From Eledone cirrhosa (Eukaryota), in the NCBI GenBank assembly GCA_964016885.1, contig OZ024743.1:35030001-35094000 (forward strand): a stretch of DNA of 64,000 nt, written 5' to 3'. The position numbers were made by a program, and so were the translations under genes. Below are positions 52,068 through 64,000 of this stretch, one piece after another. Numbering within the stretch: the first letter of the stretch is position 1; each line of letters starts with the position of its first letter. The notes beneath the pieces were generated by a model, which saw only the letters and a program-made list of their open reading frames with translations, was not told the DNA's origin and made no database searches.

Positions 52068-52920
52068 CAAGGTGTATTAGAAAAGTAACAGGACTTAGTG
52101 TGCTGTGTGAGCTCGTCACTGTGTGACGTAGTATCAGGGAAGTATATAACTATGATCTCAGCTCTCTGCAGTCATTGTATGTTTTTCACATGCTTTTATT
52201 ATTAACAGCTCCTCAATTTTAGGCCATCGAGCAATGGACACAGACCAATGAGCCAACCTGAAGTTTCTGGTCCGGATGGAGAAAACTCCATCAGAAGCAG
52301 TCAGAATGCTGCAGCAAATGTACAGAGATGAGACGATGTCATGCTCACAGGTTTTCGAATGGCACAAAAGGTTCAAAGAGGGGCACAAAAAGGTGGAAGA
52401 CGACTCCAGGACAGAAGGCCTTCAACAAGCAGGACTAAGGCCAACATTGAGAGCAGGAGGCAGGTGGTGTGTGGCGATCGTTGGTTGACTGTTGAACTGA
52501 TCGCAAGTGAGCTGGGCATGAACCACAACTGCATTTGGAAGATTATCACCAAAGATTTGGGCATGTGAAAGATCTGCACGAAGATGGTGCCGAAGCTACT
52601 GAACTATGACAGAAGGAGCAGCGCATGTCAGGACATCCACAAGTATATTGAAACCAAACTAGGCTTGTTGGGGAGAGTCATCACTAATGATGAGTCATGG
52701 ACCTTCAAGTACAACCCATTTTCCAGACATGGAAGCCATCAAGAGGGTCGTGATGACGGAGGTGTGGAGAATCCTGAGAGAATCCGTGCAGGAGTGAATG
52801 GAAGCATGGCGGAGAAGGATGGGAAAGTGTGTTATACTTGAGTGGGAAACTTGTAGTTTGTATTTTAGATTCAAAATATTTTTTTGTGATACCAGTCCTG
52901 GTTCTTTTGACATACCCCCA
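52068..52920 (+). mobile_element. Mariner transposon remnant with deleted transposase
   Basis: HTH region (KTPSEAVRMLQQMYRDETMSCSQVFEWHKRFKEG), MVPKLL, VITNDESW. Degenerate TIRs and TA TSD; the empty site tcTAtga is seen in the host MITE family. Confidence 0.85.
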
Positions 52921-54789
52921 TATGATACAAAACTGACTGTTTTAAAGCATTCATATTTATATTAAAATTTCCATCATAATTTTATGAAAGAACTTTTTGT
53001 AATGCTTCTAACATCTGCTTATTAATGAAAAAGTTAAGTATTTCACTGAATTGGTGCTAATTTTTTGATTATTTTCAAAATTAATTGAAATATTTTCATT
53101 CAAAATATGATAACAAAATCCACAATATGCTTCTATGCTCCTTTCCTGGTTTTAAGAATTAAGTACAATGGCTAATTCAAGGTGAATTAGTAGACTCCAA
53201 GCAGTCTAATAGCTGTCTACAACTGATTGAATAAAAAAAACAGACACTTCGATGGGAAGACCCTCTGTGGTTACCATAATAAATATTGGTGTATGACCTG
53301 CATGTTTTTCTTATCAATAATCAGTAAATGTAACAATTGCAACTCAAAGACCATCTCAGCCACCCTAAACTATTTGGAGAATAATGGTGACTTCCTTATA
53401 ATGACTCATTTTCAACTCACTTTTCCTATTAACAAGCAATATTTTAAGTTCTGGGATTCAACAAATTCTTATCATTAGTGATAGTTTGGTGTGATGTTTC
53501 TGCTACAAAAGTCATAGGACTATATATTTTTCAAGATGATGAAGAAAATACTAACAGTAATTAGAGAACCATTACAAGATCATGAACATCAATTACAAGA
53601 GTTAAATGTTGTTGATATGTTAAATGTTGTTGATATGGTAATTTTAAAGGTCTTTTTCAAATTTGATTTCAACTAGTCTCACTTCAACATGATTTATCAC
53701 CTCATACTTCATGTTTACAGACTTCACATTTTGATAAAGCTAAAAACAAACTATTTATAATCAGCACTTTTGACAAATGTCATTAAAAATATTTTAAGTG
53801 ACCGTTATAACTCTTTAATGAAATAAATGTTGAACTAATATATGAATTGTGATTATTCAATAATAGCTATGAAATCAGCAGAAACTCTAAATATGCAAGG
53901 CAATTGACCTTCTGCATCAATCACCAAAGCCCAATTCAAGTTTATTTACCTAGTAATTTATATGAGTTGTTTCCCTTGACACTGCATTATCTAATAAGGG
54001 AAGATTACTCTATGGTGCATTTTGTCACCTCTAGCACTCTAAAGATTAGAATATTTCACGGATTTAGCTAGACGTCTTTGGTTAGAAAGCTGTCAGAATT
54101 AGAAAACAAAAATATCAAGTTTGCTGATATCAACTCTGTATATGTTAGTTAATACCAAACTTAACTTTCCATTCATTATTGTTGATGAAATAAGTAGTAT
54201 ACAGGAAATAACACAGACTGCAAATCGTTTACTGTTACAGTGTAGCCTCCTCACATCATTTCAGGGTTAAACTGGCTCTCAAACACTTACAACTAAATTT
54301 AACACTTCAAAAGTTTACCTTTTGTACCTTTTTTATAAGTTCTTTAGTGAATTCATATTTAGCATATCGAGGTTAATAATCTATCTCACATCTTAGACCT
54401 ATTAGCAGTAGAGCTAACGCTGATACAACCCAACAATAATATCAAATATATTTTATCTCCTGCATTAACAACTAAGATTATTGAATGTAATCAATAATAG
54501 ATGTTTTAACCATCAGCATCCTTGGAGGTTAGATTAGTTGATAGCACACACACAAAAAAAAAAAAAGTCCCTGCTGAAATCGAGTGGAGCGTTCTTCTAT
54601 AATAAAACCAATTTATCTATGAATAGACGAAAACAATATCATACCCTTAAACTTCCCAATAATTATATAGTAGAACAAAAAATATCTACATCTCAATTTG
54701 TTTTGGGATTGACAACTAACAACCAAGTTTTAAATGATATGAAACAAGATGTGACTTTACCTAAAACAAAACAGTAGAAAATTATTAAT

Positions 54790-55020
54790 TGATAACACTA
54801 CCATCTCATATCCGTTGAAAAACATTAGCCCTAATTCAGAATGCTTGGATGGTGGCAAGGGAGATGAGCTGAAAGAACCAATGCACCTCACGGAGCTCGT
54901 TCTTGTGAATAGCCATCTTCATCCCGATCGCAATAAGTTAGGAGGTGAGTCGGGAACCAAGGACGCCAGATGCTTTCACTGCTAAGGGTTCGACGATAAA
55001 ATGGATGACTTGTAATGGAC
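54790..55020 (-). mobile_element. CRE-like (RLE-type) LINE 3' remnant
   Basis: Minus frame FIVEPLAVKASGVLGSRLTS*LIAIGMKMAIHKNELREVHWFFQLISLATIQ resembles the FxPLAVETxGxxG...ExxWLFQRISxAIQ C-terminus of CRE-type elements (from memory). Confidence 0.6.
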
Positions 55021-55021
55021 A

Positions 55022-55718
55022 TCTAAACTATAATAAAGTAAAGAATGCGGGACTGCGTACGGTTTATTTCTTTTAATCCAGTTAGTAAAATAAGTTGGAT
55101 TACTTTGAATAAATAATGAATGAATATTACATAATTTATCTACTAAATTTCGTAGCTGTTGATTAAATATATTTTATTGTTTATTTAAAGATTCACTTCT
55201 TTAAGGTTTTCAAATGTCAACACTTCCGGTTAGCGATCGCTTAAATAAACATTCGTATATTTCCGTCACTAATTATCTCCTAATGCAGTTTATATATAAC
55301 CAGCAGAATGGCCCAGCGTTGCTTTGGATTCTAAACATAGATTGGCATGTTTATCCCTCCTTTCTGAAACAGTTTCGTCGTATGTTCACCAATTGATGCA
55401 GCAGTCCTAATAAAAAGTGAAGTCGCCTTGGGTGAATAGGCAAATAATTTTCCATTAAGATTTTTCAAAAGCATGTAATTGTGTTCCCTCTCTTTTTTGT
55501 TTTTGTTTTTGCTGCTGTTGGTGTGAGAGCAGCTGTTGGTCGTACTACTAACACAGTCTCGTCCTTCGTCAGCCAATCGTGTATATCCCCTTCTGCCTCG
55601 TCAGCAATGAGAACAATATTTGCTCTAGGGTTCTTATATATTTGATATATATCTATCCTTATCGAGCCTCGTGAAATAAATACGTTTGTTATATTTTGTT
55701 ATTGTGTATGCAAAAATA

Positions 55719-55774
<56 letters not shown>

Positions 55775-55887
55775 TAACAGATTAAAGTTTAATCGAAGAA
55801 TCGCTGCTTTCACCCTTAACGGGATCTTCTGAAACTAAAAAAAATCAATCTGTGAACGCAGAAGTAAATATTTCGAAAAACGTTACA

Positions 55888-55953
<66 letters not shown>

Positions 55954-56780
55954 CACACACACACACAGTGTCATAATGTCGTAATGCAGACAGCCAGACA
56001 TACAGACAGATATTATAAGGGCGCGACGTTATAGCTATGTATCTATCTAAAAAGAAAGACTAAGAGAGAGAGAGAGAGAGATATATACATTGCTAACCGG
56101 CGCCTAATGCGGTCACTGGGACATTGAAAATTTGAAATTTTTGCTCAAAACACTCACATGACCATAAGTATTACATCTGTAAAGTTTGAAAAGAATCGGT
56201 TGGGTGGTTCTCGAGTTTTAAGGAGTCAGACAGACAGACATTCTCTGTTTTCGATATATAGATATCGTCTTTTTTTAATGTATCATGGATTACGTTACTG
56301 ATTACATAAGAGAGTGTAACGCAGTCTTCGTTCAATTTCTGTGTATATTGTCAATTACGATTTTATTTGATGTATGATATCGACATGCGTATATATTTTT
56401 TATTTTATTAAATAACGTTACAAATGGGAGTGAAAATATGAACACATATGATATATACAAAGCATATAAATAAATTTACATATATGTTTTAAATATATAC
56501 ATAAATAACATTACAAATGCTTAGATAACATTATAAATTGCTCGCGATTATGTCAGAAGGATATATTCCTTTAATGTTGCAATATTAAAGAAAATGTAAA
56601 GGAATGGGTGAACAACCGAGCCACCACCAGAGCAAAAGACAGCAGCGAGGAGTACTGGCAACCTCTCCAATGATTTTTGAGGCAAGCCAGCACACTCGCA
56701 GCGTTACCGCGGGTGATGGCGAGGCTAATATCAATATGCACACTACACATGCTAGCAGAAAAACACTCGAAGGGTGGTTT
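55022..56780 (+). mobile_element. Helitron H1 copy split by an insertion, with an extra internal segment and a clipped 3' end
   Basis: 55022-55299 plus 56263-56395 plus 56725-56780 match 37968-38434. Confidence 0.8.
55300..56262 (-). mobile_element. Non-autonomous Helitron C nested in H1
   Basis: 5' TCTATATATCGAAAACAGAGAATGTCTGTCTGTC; degenerate 3' end ccagcagaatggcccagcgttgctttgg. Confidence 0.75.
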
Positions 56781-56784
56781 ATAT

Positions 56785-56972
56785 AATAATTGTTTCTACT
56801 TTTGGCACAAGGCCAGCAATTACCTAGTACATTACTGGTACTTTATTTTATCGACCCCGTAAGGATGAAACGCAAAGTTGACCTCGGCGGGATTTGAACT
56901 CAGAATGGCAAGGGCCGTAACTCCATGCGTCAAAGCATGACGTCCGACCCTCTACCGATACTGCCAATCCAC
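56785..56972 (-). mobile_element. SINE family S1
   Basis: Reverse-complement match to 1031-1227. Confidence 0.85.
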
Positions 56973-59694
56973 AATGATGTTAAATGTTTATTTGTTTCAA
57001 ATTAACAGTACATAGAACTTGACATAAATTTTCATTACACATTATTGATGAATCAGAAAATAAATTGACATGCCTACCACAAATGAGAATTGCGGTTGTG
57101 GAAAAAGTAAGCTTATTAGTGAAGTAATGTAGACAGATTATTAACTCTAAACTATTAATTACAGTTATAGTAAACATCGGAGAAACTAGAAATAAAATTA
57201 GAATATACAGATAAAAAAAATAGCGTGACTATTTACAGGTTTAAAAAAAAACATTGCAATGTTAGTTGTTTCTTTTTAAAGTATTTTGCTAAAACCATTG
57301 GTGTAACATTGGGTATAGTTAGTTAACAGAAAACATGAAAGAAACTTCTTGTAAGAAAAAGCACTTAAAAAGATAGGCTACAAAATAATATAGTATACAA
57401 GAATACACTACTTAGAGAGCATCTTGAAAGGGAAATATATCTTGAGATCACAGTAGGAAAGAATCAAGAGAAACATATATTCATAAATGTTATAATTTAC
57501 AACAAAAGTGGCAACATAGGTGAGATGGCTGACAATGCCAGACTAAATGCTAAAATATATCTAAATTGAAGTTCATATCTTGCTGGAGGTGAATTAGCTT
57601 TTCATTTTTTAGAGTTGTTATTTAACAGCATGCCAAAACTAGCTAGGATGCATCCTAGAGAATGGGAAGTGGGATAGTGTATCAAGGACCATTTCTTTTT
57701 TTTTTTTTTACCAGATGGGTGTGTTTTGACTGCTATTTCTAGCAAGTAAACAACCATGTAAAGACTACCTTGTCTCATCTCTAAATCTTTAAAATAAGAA
57801 CCAGCAATATACTGAAGTGTCAAATCCATTGTCTATAACTTTCCGCTGTGTCTAGCGAAAAGAATTGTTACACTTGATAACTATGTTAATATTTTCCATG
57901 TGTGAATCAGGAAAGTCTAAACACTTTGTTTATACAGCACTATCTCTTTCATTAGAGTTAAACAATATTTAAGAGAACATCAGTGTTCAAAAGATTACAA
58001 AAATTATACAAAATTACCTCTTATTTAAAGTCACTTGAAATTATTTACAAACGTATAATCTCGATACATGAATACTCTCTCTCTCTCTCTCTCTGACGTG
58101 CACGCGAGTGTGTATCATGATTTAAATCTGTAAATGTGCATCTACTTTAGCTCTGGAGATGATTAGATATAAGCCTGGATTTAAGTGCTTCACATCTGCA
58201 CACTAAAGGGGCCAATTACAGCTGCAGTTCCCATAAACTATTAGTCTTCGCCTACTTCCTGTCTCACAAAGGAGTCTCTACATGGTTATTCAAGCTGCTA
58301 GAAATGGTAGTTGGATAACGCACTACCGTCTTAATCTTTAAAATAAGATACATTGAATAAATGTGATCCTAAATAGAATGTATCACCCCTCCCCACAAAA
58401 AGGGACAATCATTGGTAGAATGCTTTTTGGCCATATGTTTGTTTAATCAGTGCTGATATGGAGATTTCTAAATCATGCAGAAGACCAGTAATTTAGGGGA
58501 GAGGAAAATCGATTAAATCGACCCCGGGCACTCTAGTATTTTGTTTCGTCGACCCCTGAAAGGGTTAAAGGCAACATTGACAGTGGGAGGAGGATTCAGA
58601 ATGCAACGGGCTATAAGCATTTCGTCCAATGCTCTACCGATTCTGCCAATCCACCACAACAATGGCAGTCAAATATACTTCGGTATTTTCAATCAAAATA
58701 AAAAAAAACAATAATCACTTATATAAGAAATAAGACACAAAGTATTGAAGAAGCATTAGTAACTGTTTAAGTTACTCTCACAATAAGTTTGGGTCAGTTA
58801 AAAACTCCCAAGAATTGATATGGCTTAGTTCTAGTTTAAAGTAGATGACAACCAGTCATCTCTCTGGACAAAACACTAATGTTTCTCAAGCAGCTTTCCC
58901 GTCAAGACCTCCCTGCTACATCTTACTCAAGAATCACAGTACAAAGCATTTAAATCAGTACAGACCTATCAACTCTCCCCATCCGATGGGGAGATCTCCC
59001 ACCCACTTTGGGATGGGTGAGAGATGTCTTCTCTAGTGAAAATGGGTTATAGCTGACATTAAGTAAAATCTCCCCATTTTGGGACACTTTTTTTCATGGT
59101 ACTCCCCGTTTGGGTTTTTAGAGGTTGGCAAGTCAGTCATTAGAAACAATTATTGGTTTCAAAGCAAGTTCTTTGCTTGAAGATTTCATGAGTACAATAA
59201 CATTAAACAAGACTATTCAAACATGTAAAAGATGGAATATATGAATAATGGAATATAGAGCAAACGGAAGTATTAAGCCCCAGAGAGCATTAAACTCCAC
59301 CACACGACAAATGCATTATATTTATACTTGGCACATCAGCTGTATTTTCAGGTGACTCAAGAACCAATCAGAATGTGTTTTTCTTGAAAAGGAAGTTATA
59401 TGAAGACCAATAAATTGAAGCATTACAGTTTCTGTCAAAATTTGAATCTGCAGCTCTTCATTGCATAATTACAAAGTGTCAGATCTTCTGCCTTAGGTGT
59501 TCAGTTATATCCACAACTGCTGTTTTCACCATTTCACTGTTGACAGATTTTAAAAATTGTCAGAAGTCTGTTATAGTACTAACGTAATTTCTCATACCTT
59601 ATTTGAGTACTTGGGTGTATTATTTAGATAAATAAAACATGGGTAAGGGTAGTGTTTGTTTAATTAGGGATAAAGAAAAAAATGGCTGCCATTA

Positions 59695-59862
59695 GAGGAT
59701 CGGACGCCATGCTTTGATTCATAGAGTTACGGCCCTTGCCATTCTGAGTTCAAATCCCGCCGAGGTTAACTTTGCCTTTCATCCTTACGTGGTCGATAAA
59801 ATAAAGTACCAGTAATGCACTGGGTATTTGCTGGCCTTGTGCCAAAAGTAGAAACAATTATT
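59695..59862 (+). mobile_element. SINE family S1, 5'-truncated
   Basis: Match to 1056-1225. Confidence 0.85.
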
Positions 59863-60237
59863 TAGGATCCTAAACTGAATGGTACAAATAATCAGAAAAT
59901 ATGCCAAGTGGCTGTTTTTGTTTTCTTCAGATATAGTATAAATATAAATGGGCATTTTTTTAGGGGGTGGTGGTGGTAATTTTCTATAGCCTAACATTTA
60001 TGTCATTTGGAAATGTCTGGTGCCTAATACCTTCAAGAGATTTCCTTTTGTGTCACATGTTGTCTCTAGCTGTCAGAATGTACAAACACTCAGGTAAAAT
60101 TGGATTGTGGGACATTTATACTTATTTACAAGCAAAGAAACATTCCTTACTTGGTTTATTTAGTTTTTATTGCGTAAATAATAATAAATGCATGGTGCTT
60201 AATGCCCCCCCCCTCCCATTTTTTTCCTTCAGATTGT

Positions 60238-61000
60238 ATGGTATAACAAGAAGACTGAGGGTAGCAGGAGAAACTATGGTCAGGAAATGGCTGATGCCTA
60301 CAACTCAGTAATGAAGAATATGTCTGCTAACTGGGTAGCCAAATACTTTTATGTTTGTAAGAAGTCTCTTCTGAGGAGGGTTACAGAAGAAATTCCAATT
60401 AATGCGCATATGGGAAGGACATGCACTTTATTCGCTGATCAAGAGTTGGAGCTCAAAGAATACTTAAAACTTTTAGCAGATTGGGGATGGGGCTTCAACA
60501 AGGCTGAGGTTAAGGATCTGGTTCAGAACTTTTGTACATATTATTGTACAGAGGCCCCCTACACAAACAATCACCTAGGCCGTGATTGGTTGGATGGATT
60601 TTTACAATATCACCCATCTATTGCCCCCTGCAAGACAGTTTAAGAAGATATTTTTGAAAAAAAGTTAACACCTTCGTCACTGACCAAGAGTACTTATTTG
60701 TGATGGCTATGCTTCTTACCTGACTCTTCTCCTGATCAAAGAGGCCAAGGAAAACAACGTAATCATTCTCCAACTGCCTGCCCATCTGCTGCAGCCTTTC
60801 AACAAGACCATCTTCTGACCTGTTAAACTGTGTTGGCAACAACTGCTGCGCAAGTATGCCAGGGCACAGAATGGACCTGTATCAAAGAAATGTTTCCCTG
60901 GCTTCCTAAAATAACTGTATGCCAAGTCATTCATGCCAGATCAAATCTGGTCAGGGTTTAGAGCCTGTAGGATCTTCCCTTTTAACTCTGATGTTGTACC
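60238..61000 (+). pseudogene. pogo/Tigger-type DDE transposase pseudogene
   Basis: psq/CENP-B HTH-like (GRTCTLFADQELELKEYLKLLADWGWGF...GRDWLDGFLQYHP) followed by a DDE_1-like remnant (LFVMA/DG...AKENNVIILQLPAHLLQP...SGFRACRIFPFN), with stops and frameshifts. Confidence 0.85.
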
Positions 61001-64000
61001 ATGACATGAATTGGAACCATCCCCATTTATAGCTCCACCAGCTCTCCAAGCTCAAGCTCCAACACCTCCAACACCCAATTACACAAGATCCAATACTTCC
61101 AGTTCTAACCCCAACCACCAGCTCCAATACCTCTATCAACAACACCAATTACACCAGTTCCACCTCCAACACCAGTGGCATCATCAATCTCAACAATATT
61201 GACAGATAATTCCATGAACATAATGAACTTCTTCCTACAGTGTCTACAGCCCAGTTTCCCTGAAGTCACAGTCAGAAGTTGATGCAGTAGTTTTGATGTT
61301 TATTCCAGTTTTAAGGAACATTTTTTTTACTGTTCTCTCTAAAGAGACGGGCAGTGCCCATGACATGTTTCAGGACCTCCAAAAATGGTGTGAAGAAAGC
61401 ATCCTCAAACTAGAGACCTGGCCCAAATGCTTGCAACAGAGTGAACTCTGCTAAAGGCACTGAAAAACCAGATAGTGCGTCAGTTTCATTAAATAGTCTT
61501 AGTTAAGTTTTACCCTGAACTGACTTAAACCTAATACAACAAACTAACAAAACACTCAATTATATAATACCTCATCAGCTTACAAGAGTGGATAGACTAT
61601 GTCATCAGCAATGTCTTTGTAAGGATATCATAGCATTAAAATAATCGATCTGTCATTATACACACCTATACTTCAATTCTACACCAACCTCCTACAGTGA
61701 CCACACCAAATTAATCTAATCTTCCATGGTTCTTTCATATTTTATTCTATTTCGTCGTATTAATTAACCCTTTTGATACCAACACACCCGAAACCGCCTC
61801 TGTTTCTATGAAACAAAACCACTCATTTTAAAACATTCCTATTTAAACTAAAACCTTCCAACAAATTGATATAAGAACCTTTTGTTAAACCATTTTAATA
61901 GTGAAATAACTGTAAATCCCTTGAAACATTTCATTAACTAATTGAAATAAAGTATAATGAAAGGGTTAGTTCCAACAGTTTATTAATGGCAGTGTTAAGT
62001 GTCAGTCACATCTCAACATCAAAGCCAGAACAAATACAATGAAGCATTTAATCTAATACTCTAAGGAGATTGTCAATTCATCACCTGAAAGAAAACCCAT
62101 CAAGTGATAAAGTAAACTGATGAAATAGAAAAAATAGTTTCTTTGACATTTATTTCATGTAAAATTATTGCAATATTTCTTTACATTCTCTCAAGAAAAA
62201 ACAAGAAATCTGTTTTATACTACAAGGCCAAACTGCAGTGAAAGGAGGATCTGGGGATGTCTTAAAAGACATTGTTGCTGTGAATGTGGTACGAGTGAAT
62301 CCAAAACATAGTTTCTGGCCATGCATCGGTGTAATAAACAAATTACAATTAAATGCTATGTTACCAAGTGTTTAGAAATACATTTCTTGACTATCATAGT
62401 TTAGCAGAACAGGACCTAGAGGAGTAAGCCTCAATTAGATGACCTCAGTGTGGTGAACACCAGTGGCTACAGATGTTCGACAATGGTTTGGCACACCTGC
62501 TCCAGTTAACGGAGAAATCAATGAGTATGCAGGTGTGGCAAGTCACATATATTATAGCCATTAGAAAAAGCAAAATGAATGTTTCACCTTCGATGGAGGA
62601 ATGACTCAAGAAGAAGAAAAGATATTCTTTAAATAAAAGAACAAAAAATTATCAAAAATATTAGAAAACCTGACTACAATAGCTTATTAACTTTATTAGA
62701 GTGAAAAGGACAACTTTACAATTTTAATTAAGAGTCAAGGAACTAGGACAAATTGAAAGGCAGAACTGCCAAGTGGCAATCTGATTTTATTGCTGTTGAT
62801 GTTGCTGAAAAGGTTTATTTTGTTAAAATTCTATAATTAAAGCAAACAAATAAGTGAACAATAATTTTAAAAATTGTATGCTGTTTTGAGTAGCAAGCTG
62901 TCACTTAGGTAAGGCATTGGAGAAAATACTCTATAATGTTTAATTTTGTCTATGTTATGAATTTAAATCGTGCCACGAGTGATTTCGCCTTTCAGCATTT
63001 AATGGTACATAAAATAAGTACCAGTAATAAACAACAATTAATTATTTCCATAGTTGGCAAAAATCATGCATAGTAAAAAGAATTCATTTTGAAAATCAAT
63101 CAGCTGTCATTGTTTGCTTAATTGAGCTTGAGTCATTTAGATTCTTTTCTACATATTAAACAAAAATAAAATGTTGATACATGTTATAGAGCCGTTTACA
63201 CAACTGTAACTTCTTTTTCAACCCAAGTTTCAAATTAAATGAAATTTACAGCTCCCAGCTATGCAAGTTTAGCTGGCTTCCTACAATGTTACATCCCATG
63301 GGAGGTTCCTTGGGTGTTTTCGTGATAAAGGCCCCAATCCTATCATGAAAAGCAGTGTGAAATCAAGTGTTTCGCTCAAGAACACAATGTGTTGTCCAGT
63401 CTAGGAATTGAACCTACAACCAACCCCCTAACCACTAAACCAGGTGCCTTCATCTTCAAAACCTAGTTTACCGTTAAGCTTTCTATTCCATATTTTAGAC
63501 ACAGACACATCCTCTTGAAATCTCCCATATATCCAAATCTCCCATGTATCATATCCAAATTATGTGCAAACAGATGAGATGTTTATAGTTATTCACTTTA
63601 TTCAATGTAATAGTCAAATTGTGTGCAACAAATCTCCAGCTGTTTTAAAAAGAAGACCATCTGTTTTAAAACATCAATATTTGTTTGTACAGCATGTCAT
63701 ACAATAGAGAAAGGTGATTTGCAGCTATAAACATTAACTAAATACTCTTCTTGAGCAGAGTTGTCCATAATGGCAACTACATTACAATTTCATCAATCAT
63801 AACACTCCACCCTTCACCCACATCCTAACACCCCACCCTACATATGCACATCTCCCTCACCCCACTGTAAAGTGGTCATTTTGGTACCACAGTAAAAAGC
63901 TCCCAGTTCACACTGTAAATGTGGTTGGTGCCACAAAAACCAAACCAGAAACAGTTCTGTATGAGCAACACATGATCATTTGATTTGGTTTGTTTCACAG

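Noticed and set aside
58961-59135. hAT-like MITE with CAGACTTGCCAAC-type ends
   Set aside because: The ends are degenerate and no 8-bp TSD could be confirmed.
233-61202. Most short ORFs in the supplied track
   Set aside because: They are chance frames in AT-rich introns, microsatellites or antisense to transposons.
62488-62541. 13-bp inverted repeat as a pre-miRNA
   Set aside because: The stem is too short and there is no other support.

Overview
AT-rich, repeat-dense animal genomic DNA. The SINE/LINE/microsatellite make-up suggests a coleoid cephalopod such as octopus (inference from recalled repeat families, not verified). The window holds the 5' part of one large minus-strand gene, a centrosomin/CDK5RAP2/myomegalin-family protein. 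I reconstructed 13 phase-consistent GT-AG coding exons (42259 down to 1, about 410 codons, including the CM1 gamma-tubulin-binding motif ELRKENFSLKLRIYFLE) plus a candidate 27-nt microexon. Introns and upstream DNA are filled with transposons: CR1, RTE, R4/Dong-like and CRE-like LINE fragments, several tRNA-derived SINE families, piggyBac-like TTAA MITEs, mariner and pogo remnants, and many non-autonomous Helitrons. The most notable structures are (i) a 440-bp inverted-repeat element with a type I hammerhead-ribozyme fold in each arm, (ii) a four-level nest at 43260-48642 (Helitron > composite Helitron > 8-bp-TSD TIR element > deleted LTR element), and (iii) different Helitrons inserted at the same internal site of two copies of one host Helitron family. 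All coordinates were read by eye and may be off by a few bases.
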